From Candidatus Multivorans sp. (GTDB lineage: Bacteria; Acidobacteriota; Thermoanaerobaculia; Multivoradales; Multivoraceae), in assembly GCA_965247095.1 (NCBI GenBank), contig OZ251997.1, positions 224,001 to 288,000 of the forward strand: a stretch of 64,000 bases of DNA. Direction: 5' to 3'. Position numbers and translations under genes: made by a program. A model generated the notes under the pieces. It worked only from the letters and a program-made list of their open reading frames with translations. It searched no databases and had not been told where the DNA came from. Positions 8,631 through 18,119 of this stretch are shown one piece after another (position 1 is the stretch's first letter; each line of letters starts with the position of its first letter).

Positions 8631-11020
8631 CGTCGGCGTTGCAGGCGCCGTCCGTTGTCGACGGCTTCCCTCGCCTCGCCCAGGCGGCCCCTACGGTTGA
8701 GGATGTCGGCGAGAACGAAGTAGCCGAACGGACCGAAGGCGCCATCCGGATCGAGACGCAGACCTTCTCGTGCCAGCGCCTCGGCGCGGTCCAGGTCGTC
8801 TCCTCGGTCCATGTGGAGCTTGGCCAGGTGGTAATAGCCGAGGACAAACTCCGGGTTCGACCGGATCGCCGTACGCCACATCTCCAGGTGTTCCTCCGGC
8901 CGGTCGAGTTCGCCGTAGAGGCGTCCCAGGTTGAACTGGGCCCGGAAGTGGTAGGGAGCGTGCCTGATCGCATCCTCGTAAGCGGCGACCGCGTCTTCGA
9001 TGCGTGAGGCCTCTTCGTGGGTGAGCCCCAGGTTGAAGTGGGCCTGACCGATCTCGGGGTTCTTGGCGATGGCCTTCTGGAAGTGGACCGCCGACTCCCG
9101 GCTCTGTCCCAGGAGCGCCAGGAGTTCGCCGTGCTGGTTGTGGATCCACGCCGGGGCCAGCTCGTCGGCGGCAGCCGCTTCCACGACTCGCAGCGCATCG
9201 GGGAGGCGGTCGAGATCGGCATAGATGTCGCTCATGGCGATTGCCGCGTTCGACTCGTAGGGCGCCAACTCCTGCAGGCGGTGGAAGCCGACCAGGGCTT
9301 CCTCGAGGCGGCCGAGGCGCCAGTAGCTGGTCGCGAGGCCGAGCAGCGAGGCCTGGTGCTCCGGGTTCAGGGCGAGGGCCCGCTGGTAGAGGTCGAGCGC
9401 CTGTTGCTCGAGTTCTCTCGCTTCGGCGGGTTCCGCTTGGCGCGAAGCGATGTCGGCCTGGCGTCCGATGATGCCGCCGAGCATCTGGTTCGCGTCGACG
9501 ATGTTGTCGTCCAGAGCCAGGGCCGCGCGCAGGTACTCTTCAGCCCCCTGTTCGTCGCCGCGCCCGATCAGGCTCTGCGCCTCCATGATCGCCCGGTGGA
9601 CGGCGATCCTCTCCTTCGGGTCCGTTCGCGGGGCGCCGTCGTTGTCGTTGACTCTGGAGCTGGCGCGGCCCGCCAGGTAGCCCAGGGCGCGCAGTTGCGC
9701 CAGAGTCTCGGTATCGAGGTCGGGCAGCCGGCCGGTCCGGTCGCCTGACGGTGTCAGACCGCTGGCGTAGTTGACGAGACGGTCCCGCAGGGACCTCGAC
9801 AGCTCGCGGTCTCGGAGCACTACGTTGTCCGCTTCGTCCTCGTCTTCGGATAGCAGGTAGAGCTCCGGATTCGTCGTGTCGATGAACTTCTCGGATTCCG
9901 TGCGGATCGAGCGCAGAGGCGCCCAGTTGTAGTGGTAGAGGGAGTAGTACGACTCCGTGTAGACCTCCCGTTGCGTTTCGAGTTCGCGGCCCAGGATCGA
10001 GGGCAGCAGATCGGCGCCCTGCACGGCTGCCGGCGCTTCCTCGCCGACGATCGAAAGGACGGTCGGCAGGATGTCGACATGGCTTACCGCCTCGTCGACG
10101 ATCCGCTCTTCGAAGTCTCCGAAGGGCAGGCGCAGGATGAGGGGAACGTGGACGGTGGAGTCGTAGATGAAGTAGCCGTGGAACCCCTCGCCGTGCTGGC
10201 CCAATCCCTCGCCGTGGTCGGAGGTGAGGAGGAGCACCGACTCGTCCAGGACGCCTCGACTCTCGAGGCCTTCGCGCAACACGCCGACGAGGGAGTCGGT
10301 GTAGGCCACCTCGGCGTCGTAGGGGCGGTCGGGATACTGGGACCGGTAGGGTTCAGGCGGCGTGTAGGGGTCGTGCGGCTCGAACAGGTGGACCCACAGA
10401 AAGAACGGTTGGTCCCGGGGCTCGTCGAGCCACGCGAACGCCTCCTCGATCGTGTCGCGCCCATCGTGCTGAACCTGGCCGACGTTCACGGAGGGCTTGT
10501 TCGGGTCGAGCTGGAAGTCGTCGCGATAGTGATCGAAGCCGCGGCCGATGCCCCAGCGCGAGTCGAGGACGAAGGCGCTGACGAACCCCGCGGTGTCCCA
10601 TCCGGCCGCCGAGAGCCGCTCGGCGAGAGTGGGCACCGTTTCGTCGAGGTAGTAGCCCACGTTCTCCCGTACGCCGTGGAACGGCGGGTAGGTACCGGTC
10701 ATGATCGAGGAGTGGGCCGGCAATGTGAACGGCACGGTGGTGGCGGCGTTGGAAAAGCGCACGCCTTCACTCGCAAGCCTGTCGATGTGAGGGGTGGAGA
10801 CCTGCTCTGAGCCGTAGCTGGAGAGCCGGTCCGCTCGCAGGGTGTCGATCGTGACCAGAATGACGTTCAGGCGGCCTGGTTCGACCTCGCCGGCGAGTTC
10901 TTCCCAGGTCGGCAGCGGTTCCGGCGCCGTCTCGGGGCGCGGCTCAGGGTCGCTTTCGGGAGCGCATCCGGGCAGCAGCCCGAAGGCAAGAACAGCCGCC
11001 AGAGCGCGTGCGCCGGTCAC
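8627..11020 (-). CDS. Sulfatase-like hydrolase with C-terminal TPR repeats (lipoprotein)
   Basis: Lipobox LPGC; NVILVTIDTLRAD, PFTLPAHSSIMTG, HLFEPHDPY, TSDHGE, HVPLI motifs; many TPRs; GTG at 11020 overlaps the upstream stop (the ORF-track extension to 12454 is spurious). Confidence 0.9.
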   Translation of the reverse strand: MTGARALAAVLAFGLLPGCAPESDPEPRPETAPEPLPTWEELAGEVEPGRLNVILVTIDTLRADRLSSYGSEQVSTPHIDRLASEGVRFSNAATTVPFTLPAHSSIMTGTYPPFHGVRENVGYYLDETVPTLAERLSAAGWDTAGFVSAFVLDSRWGIGRGFDHYRDDFQLDPNKPSVNVGQVQHDGRDTIEEAFAWLDEPRDQPFFLWVHLFEPHDPYTPPEPYRSQYPDRPYDAEVAYTDSLVGVLREGLESRGVLDESVLLLTSDHGEGLGQHGEGFHGYFIYDSTVHVPLILRLPFGDFEERIVDEAVSHVDILPTVLSIVGEEAPAAVQGADLLPSILGRELETQREVYTESYYSLYHYNWAPLRSIRTESEKFIDTTNPELYLLSEDEDEADNVVLRDRELSRSLRDRLVNYASGLTPSGDRTGRLPDLDTETLAQLRALGYLAGRASSRVNDNDGAPRTDPKERIAVHRAIMEAQSLIGRGDEQGAEEYLRAALALDDNIVDANQMLGGIIGRQADIASRQAEPAEARELEQQALDLYQRALALNPEHQASLLGLATSYWRLGRLEEALVGFHRLQELAPYESNAAIAMSDIYADLDRLPDALRVVEAAAADELAPAWIHNQHGELLALLGQSRESAVHFQKAIAKNPEIGQAHFNLGLTHEEASRIEDAVAAYEDAIRHAPYHFRAQFNLGRLYGELDRPEEHLEMWRTAIRSNPEFVLGYYHLAKLHMDRGDDLDRAEALAREGLRLDPDGAFGPFGYFVLADILNRRGRLGEAREAVDNGRRLQRRR

Positions 11021-13233
11021 GGGTCGATCAGGTCCACCAATTCGCGGACGCCGCTGTCGAAGCGCTGGAACGCCCGCTGAGCCCGCGCCCGGTCGGCCAG
11101 GTCGCCGCCGCGGTCGAGTTCGGCGGCGCTCTGCATGACCCGCCCGATCGCCTTGCGCGCCTGGCCGCGCTGCCGGGCGCTCAGGCCGCTCAGCCGGTCG
11201 AGCAGCACCTCGGCGAGATCGCGGGCGTCGAAGGCGGGCACGTAGAGGGTGAGCCATTCGCCGTTCTCGATCTGGGTGCGCACCCGGTCCCGTTTGTTCG
11301 CCATCAGCGCCACGATCGCGATTGGATCTTCGGGGATCGTCATTGGCGGCCGCTCGTGGCTGTGCGGACCGGTCCGGATCGCGGTGCTCCGCGAGCCGCC
11401 GCCCGCGGGCTCGACCGTCGTCTCCTCGAAGTAGAAGTCGTAGCGCTGCTGATCGCCGGCCAGCCAGACGTGGGCGAAGAACTCGCCGGGGAGTTCTTCG
11501 GGGATCTCGGACAGGAGGTAGTCGCTGCCGACGGCCGGCGCCATCGGGTAGCGGGTCTCGTCCCAACCCTCCGTCTCTTCGTTCCACGCTTCGAACACGA
11601 CTTGGCCGCTGAAGTTCCGTGGATCGACCGGCTGCTTGAAGTCGTCGTAGACGTAGAGCCGGAATTCGCCGGGCCGGGGCAGGGCGCCCTCCAGGTGATG
11701 GTAGTTGTTCGCCGCCATGAAGAACTGGCCGCCGTGGAGCGGGTTGTGGTCCATGTGCGCGGCGGCGTTCGGATCGGCGGGGTCGAGCCCGCTCGATGCC
11801 GTCCCGCTTCCGGGTGCGCCGCCGGTCGCCGTGCCGCCGAACGCCTCGGTCAACATGCCGCCGCGCGACGGCGGCTGTTCGCGGGGCTCGAAGATGTCGG
11901 GCAGGACGAGGTGGTCGTCGAGTTCGTAGTCCAGGTTGAGGGCGAACGCCTGGACGACGGTCTCCTTGCCTTTCGCGACATCGAACGATCCGACCAGCTC
12001 GACGCGAGTTCCCGGCGGCGCGTGAATGGGCTCCTCGAACAGGTAGGAGGCGGGGAACTCGGGGTCGTACTCGGGGACGTAGAGCACGGTCTGGAGCCGC
12101 TGGTCGGGGAAGTGGACGCGGACCTCCATGCTGGCGAGCCGGTCGCCGACGTCTGGATGCAGTCCGATCAGCCGGGCACGCTCGGACAGGGTCATGCTCG
12201 CGGTCTGCGTGCGCGCGGCGCGGCGGCCCTTGAGCGTGACCTCGCCGCCGGCCTGCGCGCTCTCGACCCACAGCTCGACCTCGTCCTCGGACTGGGCCAG
12301 GAAGAGTCCCAGACTCGAACGGTCGCGGACAAGGGTTCGGGAGTCGTCGCCCGGCCGCCGGCGGTACTCGACCAGGAGCTCGATCGTAGCGCCGCGGCGC
12401 AGCCGCTTGCCGGCGCCGTCCGGCAGCAGCACCGGGTCGTCGCCGCGAAGCCACTGACCCAGGAAGTGGGGGCCGACCGTTGCGGTCCGTGTCCGGGTCG
12501 GCTCGGGTTCATCCTCGTCGCGGAAGGGGTCGTAGGGGACCTGGACCTCGACTTCGAGTTGCTCAGCGGGCGCGTCTTCGGGGTCGTGTACCCAGGCCGC
12601 CATCCGGTAGACCACGCCGGGGTGTTGCGGCCGGAACTCGTAGCCGGTGATCCAGGCGTCCTGTTCGAGTTCGACGGCGAGCCGCTCGCGCTGGCGGGCG
12701 GTCTGCCGACCGGGCGCGACAACCGTCTCGGCGGCGGGCTCGACGACCAGATCGGGCACGCCGAGCACCCATTCCTCTTCCGTGAACTCGGGCGGTGGAG
12801 GCAGGTTGCGACGCGGCCCCTGGGGCCCGCCGCCCTGGACCCAGGCCACCACGATGTCGATCTCGCGCTGGCTCATGCGGCGCGAGTTGCGGAAGTGGTC
12901 GTAGCGGGCATCGGCGGTCCACGGCGGCATGCGGCCGGTGAGCAGTTCCTCCTCGATCGCCACGCCCCATGCTCGGGCGCCGGGTTTGGCGTCGTTGCCG
13001 TAGGTGGTCAGGTCGATGTAGTCGGGCGCCGACCCCTTCGGGTTGTGGCACGGCATGCAGTAGCGCCGGAGGATCGGGCGCACGTCGTCGGCGAAGTTGA
13101 TGTCCGTCGTGATCCGCACGTGGGCGGGCGCCGGCTCGGTGGCGATCCCGGTCAGCGTCAGCGCCGCCAGGCCGATCACGGCCGCGGCCGCGGCGATGGA
13201 TCTGCCGTGGCGGGTCGTTCGCCTCTGTCTCAT
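11017..13233 (-). CDS. Exported multidomain protein: cytochrome c (CMPCH), copper-monooxygenase-like region, His-rich HMDHNPLHGG domain
   Basis: Signal peptide; FADDVRPIL..CMPCH...MPPW...WVQGG cytochrome c domain; W.LG.PDLVV; C-terminal HMDHNPLHGGQFFMA..YHHLEG; ATGA overlap with the pyrE stop. Confidence 0.8.
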   Translation of the reverse strand: MRQRRTTRHGRSIAAAAAVIGLAALTLTGIATEPAPAHVRITTDINFADDVRPILRRYCMPCHNPKGSAPDYIDLTTYGNDAKPGARAWGVAIEEELLTGRMPPWTADARYDHFRNSRRMSQREIDIVVAWVQGGGPQGPRRNLPPPPEFTEEEWVLGVPDLVVEPAAETVVAPGRQTARQRERLAVELEQDAWITGYEFRPQHPGVVYRMAAWVHDPEDAPAEQLEVEVQVPYDPFRDEDEPEPTRTRTATVGPHFLGQWLRGDDPVLLPDGAGKRLRRGATIELLVEYRRRPGDDSRTLVRDRSSLGLFLAQSEDEVELWVESAQAGGEVTLKGRRAARTQTASMTLSERARLIGLHPDVGDRLASMEVRVHFPDQRLQTVLYVPEYDPEFPASYLFEEPIHAPPGTRVELVGSFDVAKGKETVVQAFALNLDYELDDHLVLPDIFEPREQPPSRGGMLTEAFGGTATGGAPGSGTASSGLDPADPNAAAHMDHNPLHGGQFFMAANNYHHLEGALPRPGEFRLYVYDDFKQPVDPRNFSGQVVFEAWNEETEGWDETRYPMAPAVGSDYLLSEIPEELPGEFFAHVWLAGDQQRYDFYFEETTVEPAGGGSRSTAIRTGPHSHERPPMTIPEDPIAIVALMANKRDRVRTQIENGEWLTLYVPAFDARDLAEVLLDRLSGLSARQRGQARKAIGRVMQSAAELDRGGDLADRARAQRAFQRFDSGVRELVDLIDP

Positions 13234-13856
13234 TGCCCCTCTCCGGAGTAGACCGACAGGTTGCCCTCGCTGTCGGCGAGGAACAGTGGCCGGAACTCGA
13301 AGCCGAGGTCGCGCAGACGTTCTCCGCCGCCCTGCTGGCGATCGACGACAGCCGACACGGCAACGACCTTGCAGCCCTCGGCCTGCACCGCCTCGATCGC
13401 TCGGATGATGGAGCCGGCCGAGGTGACGACGTCGTCGACGACGGCGACCCGGCGTCCCTCGGCGATCAGCTTGCGACCGTCCGGATGGTACGAAGCATCG
13501 ATCTTGGCGCTGGTGCCGTGGCCCTTCGCCTTGTTGCGGACCAGGAAGCCGAACAGAGGCGGACCTTCCATGTCGCTTGCTACGGATGCCGCGGTGGCCA
13601 GGTAGGCGCCGCCGACCTCGGGTCCGCCGACCGCGTCGATGCCGAAGGGCCGCAGTTGCTCGCGGAGCGCCTCGCCGATCAGCCGCGAGCCGCGCGGAGA
13701 CAGCACGGTCGCCTTGGTGTCGCAGTAGTAGTGGGAGTGCGCGCCGGAGGTGAGCGTGAAGCTCCCCTTGGCGATGCTCCGCTCCTGGAGCAGCGCCTGG
13801 AGTTCGTGCAATCGCAGGTCTGTTTCCGGGTTCGGCACGGCCGGAGAGGGTATCAA
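13230..13856 (-). CDS. pyrE: Orotate phosphoribosyltransferase
   Basis: GSFTLTSGAHSHYYCD, VRNKAKGHGT, PRPP motif VVDDVVTSAGS, VVDRQQGG; start may be GTG 13838. Confidence 0.95.
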   Translation of the reverse strand: MIPSPAVPNPETDLRLHELQALLQERSIAKGSFTLTSGAHSHYYCDTKATVLSPRGSRLIGEALREQLRPFGIDAVGGPEVGGAYLATAASVASDMEGPPLFGFLVRNKAKGHGTSAKIDASYHPDGRKLIAEGRRVAVVDDVVTSAGSIIRAIEAVQAEGCKVVAVSAVVDRQQGGGERLRDLGFEFRPLFLADSEGNLSVYSGEGQ

Positions 13857-13893
13857 CGACGGTCGGCTGCCGGCCTTTTCCGGACCGGGCGGG

Positions 13894-13902
13894 TGGTACT
13901 CT
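13894..13902 (+). promoter_or_regulatory. Extended -10 promoter (TGgTACTCT) for the sORF-mog-acylase operon
   Basis: TG-n-TACTCT about 35 nt upstream of AGGAGG-ATG at 13937. Confidence 0.45.
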
Positions 13903-13936
13903 CAAGGCCCTTGCCCCGGGCACCAGGAGGCGAACG

Positions 13937-14083
13937 ATGAGTTCGACGCGTCGACACGCGGCCTACCGATCCATCAAGCGATTCATGATCCGCACGGCGC
14001 CACCGATGGAGCTGTTGGCGGTGTTGTCGGGCGCCAATCTCACTCTCGCGGTCCTGTTCCTACTTGGCTTCTTTGACTGTTGA
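13937..14083 (+). CDS. Small 48-aa membrane protein (below the ORF-track cutoff)
   Basis: AGGAGG RBS 6 nt before ATG; MSSTRRHAAYRSIKRFMIRTAPPMELLAVLSGANLTLAVLFLLGFFDC*; stop 4 nt before the mog GTG. Confidence 0.6.
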   Translation: MSSTRRHAAYRSIKRFMIRTAPPMELLAVLSGANLTLAVLFLLGFFDC

Positions 14084-14087
14084 CGCC

Positions 14088-14645
14088 GTGTCGGAACGCG
14101 CCCCGGCCCGTATCGGCATCGTCACCGTCTCGGATCGGGCCTCCCGCGGGGAGTACGAGGACCGCGGCGGCCCTGCGATCCGCGACTACCTGGCGGAGGT
14201 CCTGACGTCGCCTTGGGAGCCCTGTGAGCGCGTGGTCGAGGACGAAGTCGAGCGGATCGAGGCGGCGCTCCGGGAACTCTGCGACGACGAAGGCTGCTGC
14301 CTGGTCGTGACCACCGGCGGTACCGGCCCGGCGCCACGCGACGTGACCCCGGAGGCGACCCTGGCCGTATGCGAGAAGCCGATGCCGGGGTTCGGCGAGC
14401 TGATGCGCCAGGTGTCGCTCAAGGCCGTGCCGACCGCGATCCTGTCGCGGCAGACTGCGGGGATCCGCGGCTCGTCGCTGATCGTCAACCTTCCGGGGCA
14501 GCCAAAGGCGATCGGGGAGTGCCTGGACGCGGTGTTTCCGGCGATTCCGTACTGCGTCGATCTGATCGGCGGGCCGTACCTGACCACGAACGAGGTGCGG
14601 ATCAAGGCGTTCCGGCCGAAGTCGGCGAAGAAGCCGGCGGGCTGA
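14088..14645 (+). CDS. mog: Molybdopterin adenylyltransferase
   Basis: IGIVTVSDRASRGEYEDRGGP, TTGGTGPAPRDVTPEA, PGFGELMR, AILSRQTAG, NLPGQPKAI. Confidence 0.96.
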   Translation: MSERAPARIGIVTVSDRASRGEYEDRGGPAIRDYLAEVLTSPWEPCERVVEDEVERIEAALRELCDDEGCCLVVTTGGTGPAPRDVTPEATLAVCEKPMPGFGELMRQVSLKAVPTAILSRQTAGIRGSSLIVNLPGQPKAIGECLDAVFPAIPYCVDLIGGPYLTTNEVRIKAFRPKSAKKPAG

Positions 14646-16879
14646 TGAGGATCGACGTGGGGCACCGATGCTCCAGGCCGGCGGTCTGGCCGGTGCTCGC
14701 GGCGCCGCTGTTTGCTCTAGCCGCTGCCTGCGGGCCGTCCGGCGGAGGCGGCGAGGAAGCGATCGTCTACCGCGACACCTGGGGCGTTCCCCACATCTAC
14801 GCCGACACCGCCGAGGCCGGGCTGTACGCCTCCGGCTGGGCCATGGCCGAGGATCGGCTGAGCCAGTTGCTCGAGAACTATCTGTTCGGCCTCGGCGAGT
14901 ACGCGGCTGCGTTCGGCCCCGGCGACGGCGACCGTTGGGTGCGGTCCGACCTCGAGTCGCTGATGTGGGACCACTACGGCGCCGCGAAGCGCCACTACGA
15001 GGCGAAGCTGAACCCCGAGCTGCGCCGTCACCTGGCGGCGTTCGTTGCCGGGATCAACGACTACCTGGAGCAGCATCCCGCCGAAGTGCCGCCGTGGTGG
15101 GGCGACCGCCCGGTCGACGTCTACATGCCGGTCGCCTTCAGCCGCCAGTTCATCTGGAGCTGGCCGGCCGGTCAGGCTCGGTCCGACCTGCGCGCGATCG
15201 GCGTCGAACCCTCGTTCGACGTCGACCTGCGGGCGTCGAATCAGATCGCTCTGGCGCCGGACCAGACGACGTTCGGCGCCGCGGCGCTGATCATCGACCC
15301 GCACCTGTCCTGGCTGGGCCGTCACCGCTACTGGGAGGTGCGCCTTCACGCCGGCGACATCCACATCAGCGGCTTCGCCACCGCCGGCTTCCCCTACGTC
15401 AACCTGGGTCACAACGAGCACGTGGCCTGGGCGCATACGACCGGCGGGCCGGACACCGCCGACGCCTACGAACTGACCCTCGATCCGGAGGATCCGAGCC
15501 GCTACCTCTACGACGGCGAGTGGCGGCAGATGGAGAGCCGCACGGTCGAGGTGTCCGTGGCGGGCGAGGCGTCGCCGCGCGAGGCCACGTTCTGGTACTC
15601 CCACCACGGTCCCATCGTGGCGCGGCAGGGCGACAGGGCCTGGGCGGCCGCGCTGGCCTACGAGCAGGAGATCGGCTACCTGGAGTCCAAGTACCACTTC
15701 ATGGTCGCCGAGGACTACCAGGGCGCTGCGGCGGCGCTGGACGTGCTTCAGATCATGCCGCAGAACGTGATGATCGCCGACACCGGGGGCAACATCTACT
15801 ACCAGCGCACCGGCCGGGTGCCGATCCGGCCCGATGGCTACGACTGGCGCCGGCCCGTCGATGGCTCGACCTCCGACACGGAATGGCTGGGCATCCACCC
15901 GGCTTCCGACCTGATGTCGCTGCTCAACCCGGAACGCGGGTACATGCAGAACAACAACATCGGCCCGGACACGATGCTGGTCGGTTCGCCGCTCGTGCCG
16001 GAGCGCTACCCGGCGCACCTCTACAACCAGCCCGCTCTGTACACCCACCAGCGCGGCGCCGTTGCTGTCGCGCTTCTCGAGGCGAAGCGGGAAGCCGGCG
16101 GCAAGTGGAGCGAAGAGGAGATCGTCGAGCTGGCGCTCGACCGCTCGGTCTACCAGTTTGAGCGCTGGGTGGCGGAGTTGGGCAGGGCGGAGGCCGCCTT
16201 CCCCGGCAAGCCTTCCTCGGACCGCCCGGAAGTGGTGCGCCGGATCCTGGAGTGGGACGGCGTCGCCGAGCCGGACTCGCAGGGCGCGCTCGCCTACTTC
16301 CGGTGGCGCGAGGCGCTACGCGGTCTGGTCGGGAGCGAACGAATGAACGACATGGCCTCCAGGGTCGATGACTACCTGGAGCTCATCCGCGAGGCGCCCG
16401 AGCCGCCTGGACTGCGCGACGACGAACTGCCGGAGCTGGTCATGGCGGTCGAAGCCGCCGCCGTCGCGTTGCGCGTGGGCCCGGGAGGGTTCGATGCGGC
16501 GTTCGGCGACGTGTTCCGGGTCGGCCGCCAGGACTCGGCGGACGAGGTCTCCTGGCCGGTCGGCGGCGGCTCGCTCGGCGAGGCCGGGATGGCGACCCTG
16601 CGCGCGGTCGGGTTCAGCCCGGCCCGCGCGGACGGGACGCGCTGGGGCAACCGGGGCCAGACGTCGACCGAGGTCGTCATCCTGAGCAATCCGATCCGCA
16701 GCTACACCCAACCCCCGATCGGCCAGAGCGACCGCCCGGACTCGCCGCATTACCGCGACCAGGCCGAGAAGCTGTTCTCGCCCGGCGCGATGAAGTCGGG
16801 GTGGTTCACGCGCGAGGAACTGTTTGCCGACGGCGGCGCGAACGTCGCGGCCGAGATGCGGTTGGTCTACGAGCCCTGA
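14645..16879 (+). CDS. Penicillin acylase family Ntn-hydrolase (lipoprotein)
   Basis: Lipobox LAAAC; IVYRDTWGVPHIYA, nucleophile SNQ, DPHL, HHGPIV, GQS..PDSPHYRDQA; TGATG coupling to mog. Confidence 0.92.
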   Translation: MRIDVGHRCSRPAVWPVLAAPLFALAAACGPSGGGGEEAIVYRDTWGVPHIYADTAEAGLYASGWAMAEDRLSQLLENYLFGLGEYAAAFGPGDGDRWVRSDLESLMWDHYGAAKRHYEAKLNPELRRHLAAFVAGINDYLEQHPAEVPPWWGDRPVDVYMPVAFSRQFIWSWPAGQARSDLRAIGVEPSFDVDLRASNQIALAPDQTTFGAAALIIDPHLSWLGRHRYWEVRLHAGDIHISGFATAGFPYVNLGHNEHVAWAHTTGGPDTADAYELTLDPEDPSRYLYDGEWRQMESRTVEVSVAGEASPREATFWYSHHGPIVARQGDRAWAAALAYEQEIGYLESKYHFMVAEDYQGAAAALDVLQIMPQNVMIADTGGNIYYQRTGRVPIRPDGYDWRRPVDGSTSDTEWLGIHPASDLMSLLNPERGYMQNNNIGPDTMLVGSPLVPERYPAHLYNQPALYTHQRGAVAVALLEAKREAGGKWSEEEIVELALDRSVYQFERWVAELGRAEAAFPGKPSSDRPEVVRRILEWDGVAEPDSQGALAYFRWREALRGLVGSERMNDMASRVDDYLELIREAPEPPGLRDDELPELVMAVEAAAVALRVGPGGFDAAFGDVFRVGRQDSADEVSWPVGGGSLGEAGMATLRAVGFSPARADGTRWGNRGQTSTEVVILSNPIRSYTQPPIGQSDRPDSPHYRDQAEKLFSPGAMKSGWFTREELFADGGANVAAEMRLVYEP

Positions 16880-16900
16880 GCAGAGGACGGCCCACGACGG

Positions 16901-16938
16901 GATCGCCGTGCTCGGTGCACGTGACCGAGCACGCGATC
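16901..16938. terminator. Stem-loop between convergent genes
   Basis: CGTGCTCGGT-gcacgtg-ACCGAGCACG perfect 10-bp stem extended by GATCGC/GCGATC; no U-tract. Confidence 0.5.
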
Positions 16939-16964
16939 GGGCCGAACCGCCGCGACGAGTAGAA

Positions 16965-18044
16965 CTAGTCGCCGCTGCCGGCGCCGGTGCTGGTGGTTTC
17001 GCCGGACCGGATGTCGTCCTCGAGAATCCTCGCGCCGCGCAGGGTGTTGCCCATCGCGTAGTTGCCCTCGTGGCAGGCGTACTCGTAGACCCGCTCGGGT
17101 CTGTTCCGCCAGATGTACTCACCGGACCAGGGGGCTTCCCAGGTAGCCGGATCGTCCATCGTGAAGTGGTAGAGGATGTCGCCGTCCGGCTGGAGTGTGA
17201 GACGTTCGGTGACGTGGAGATCCCGCGTTGCCCCGCGCAGGAACCCATCGGATCGGAAGTGGCCCGAGTCGATGACCAGGGTGTCGCCTTCCCACCAGCC
17301 GATCGAGTCGCCCAGCCATCTGCGCTCCTCGGGGCTCGGGTGCTCCGAGTTCAGGCGCACGATCCGGGCGTCATGGACCATCTCGATCAGGATCATGATG
17401 TGGTCCTCGGTCTGCACCACCCGCTTGTAGTTGTTGTAGCCGCTAGGGAACGTCGGCGTGGCGCCGGTGAAGCCGAGGATGCAGCGTTCGTTGATCGGCA
17501 ATGACTCGGGGCCGTCGTAGGGGCCCGGGCCGTCGTGTTCGAGCCACCAGGCGGTGCCTTCGTTCGGGCGCCGCAGCTTGGCGCGCTCCGCCGCTCTCGC
17601 CTTTCTTGCCTCGGTCGTTTCTGGAATTCGGCCGTTCGGCGGGTCGATGATGATCGAGGTGCGGAACTTGCCGTCCACTGCGAAGGCCTCGGTGCCGCGG
17701 TCGAGCCAGAAGCTGTTGTAGCCGCCCACATTGCCGGCAGCGCCCGGGGACCCGTCTCCGCCTTCCGGCGGCGCTTCGCGGTTCGGGTCGGAGACCTGGT
17801 GGCGCTCGGCGCGGGCCTTCGCCGCGTCGGCCGCGATCTTCTCCGCCTCTTCCCTGGTCAGGAGCAGGTTGTCGCCGTACTCCTCCGGGCGCTGCAGCGG
17901 CGTCAATGTCGCGGCGTCGTAGGTGCCGCTCAGGTCGGGCTTGCCGTCGGCGGCGCGCTTGATCTCGGTCTCGGCCGCGAGGGCCGGCGCCGCGAGCAGC
18001 AGCACGAGGATGGCGGCCAGGGCCGCTGGGAATCGGACTCTCAT
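16965..18044 (-). CDS. Uncharacterised exported protein, paralog 1 (PDLSG...ERC...YEYACHEGN family)
   Basis: GGAGG RBS, signal peptide ALA; GKPDLSG, RTSIIIDPPNGRIP, ERCI, WLGDSIGWWEGDTLVID, YEYACHEGNY. Confidence 0.88.
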   Translation of the reverse strand: MRVRFPAALAAILVLLLAAPALAAETEIKRAADGKPDLSGTYDAATLTPLQRPEEYGDNLLLTREEAEKIAADAAKARAERHQVSDPNREAPPEGGDGSPGAAGNVGGYNSFWLDRGTEAFAVDGKFRTSIIIDPPNGRIPETTEARKARAAERAKLRRPNEGTAWWLEHDGPGPYDGPESLPINERCILGFTGATPTFPSGYNNYKRVVQTEDHIMILIEMVHDARIVRLNSEHPSPEERRWLGDSIGWWEGDTLVIDSGHFRSDGFLRGATRDLHVTERLTLQPDGDILYHFTMDDPATWEAPWSGEYIWRNRPERVYEYACHEGNYAMGNTLRGARILEDDIRSGETTSTGAGSGD

Positions 18045-18119
18045 TCTGCGTCCTCCTGTTTCGACTGGAAGCCGAGAGTCTAGCGGAGGGCCTCCAGGTG
18101 GGGGCGCCACCCGAAGTCG

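Noticed and set aside
11021-12454. N-terminal extension of the 1275-aa ORF, and similar extensions of ORFs 11017..13923, 14369..16879, 16965..18785, 46605..48983 and 50159..51418
   Set aside because: Arg/Pro-rich off-frame read-through of the upstream gene in high-GC DNA; the true starts have signal peptides or an RBS further downstream.
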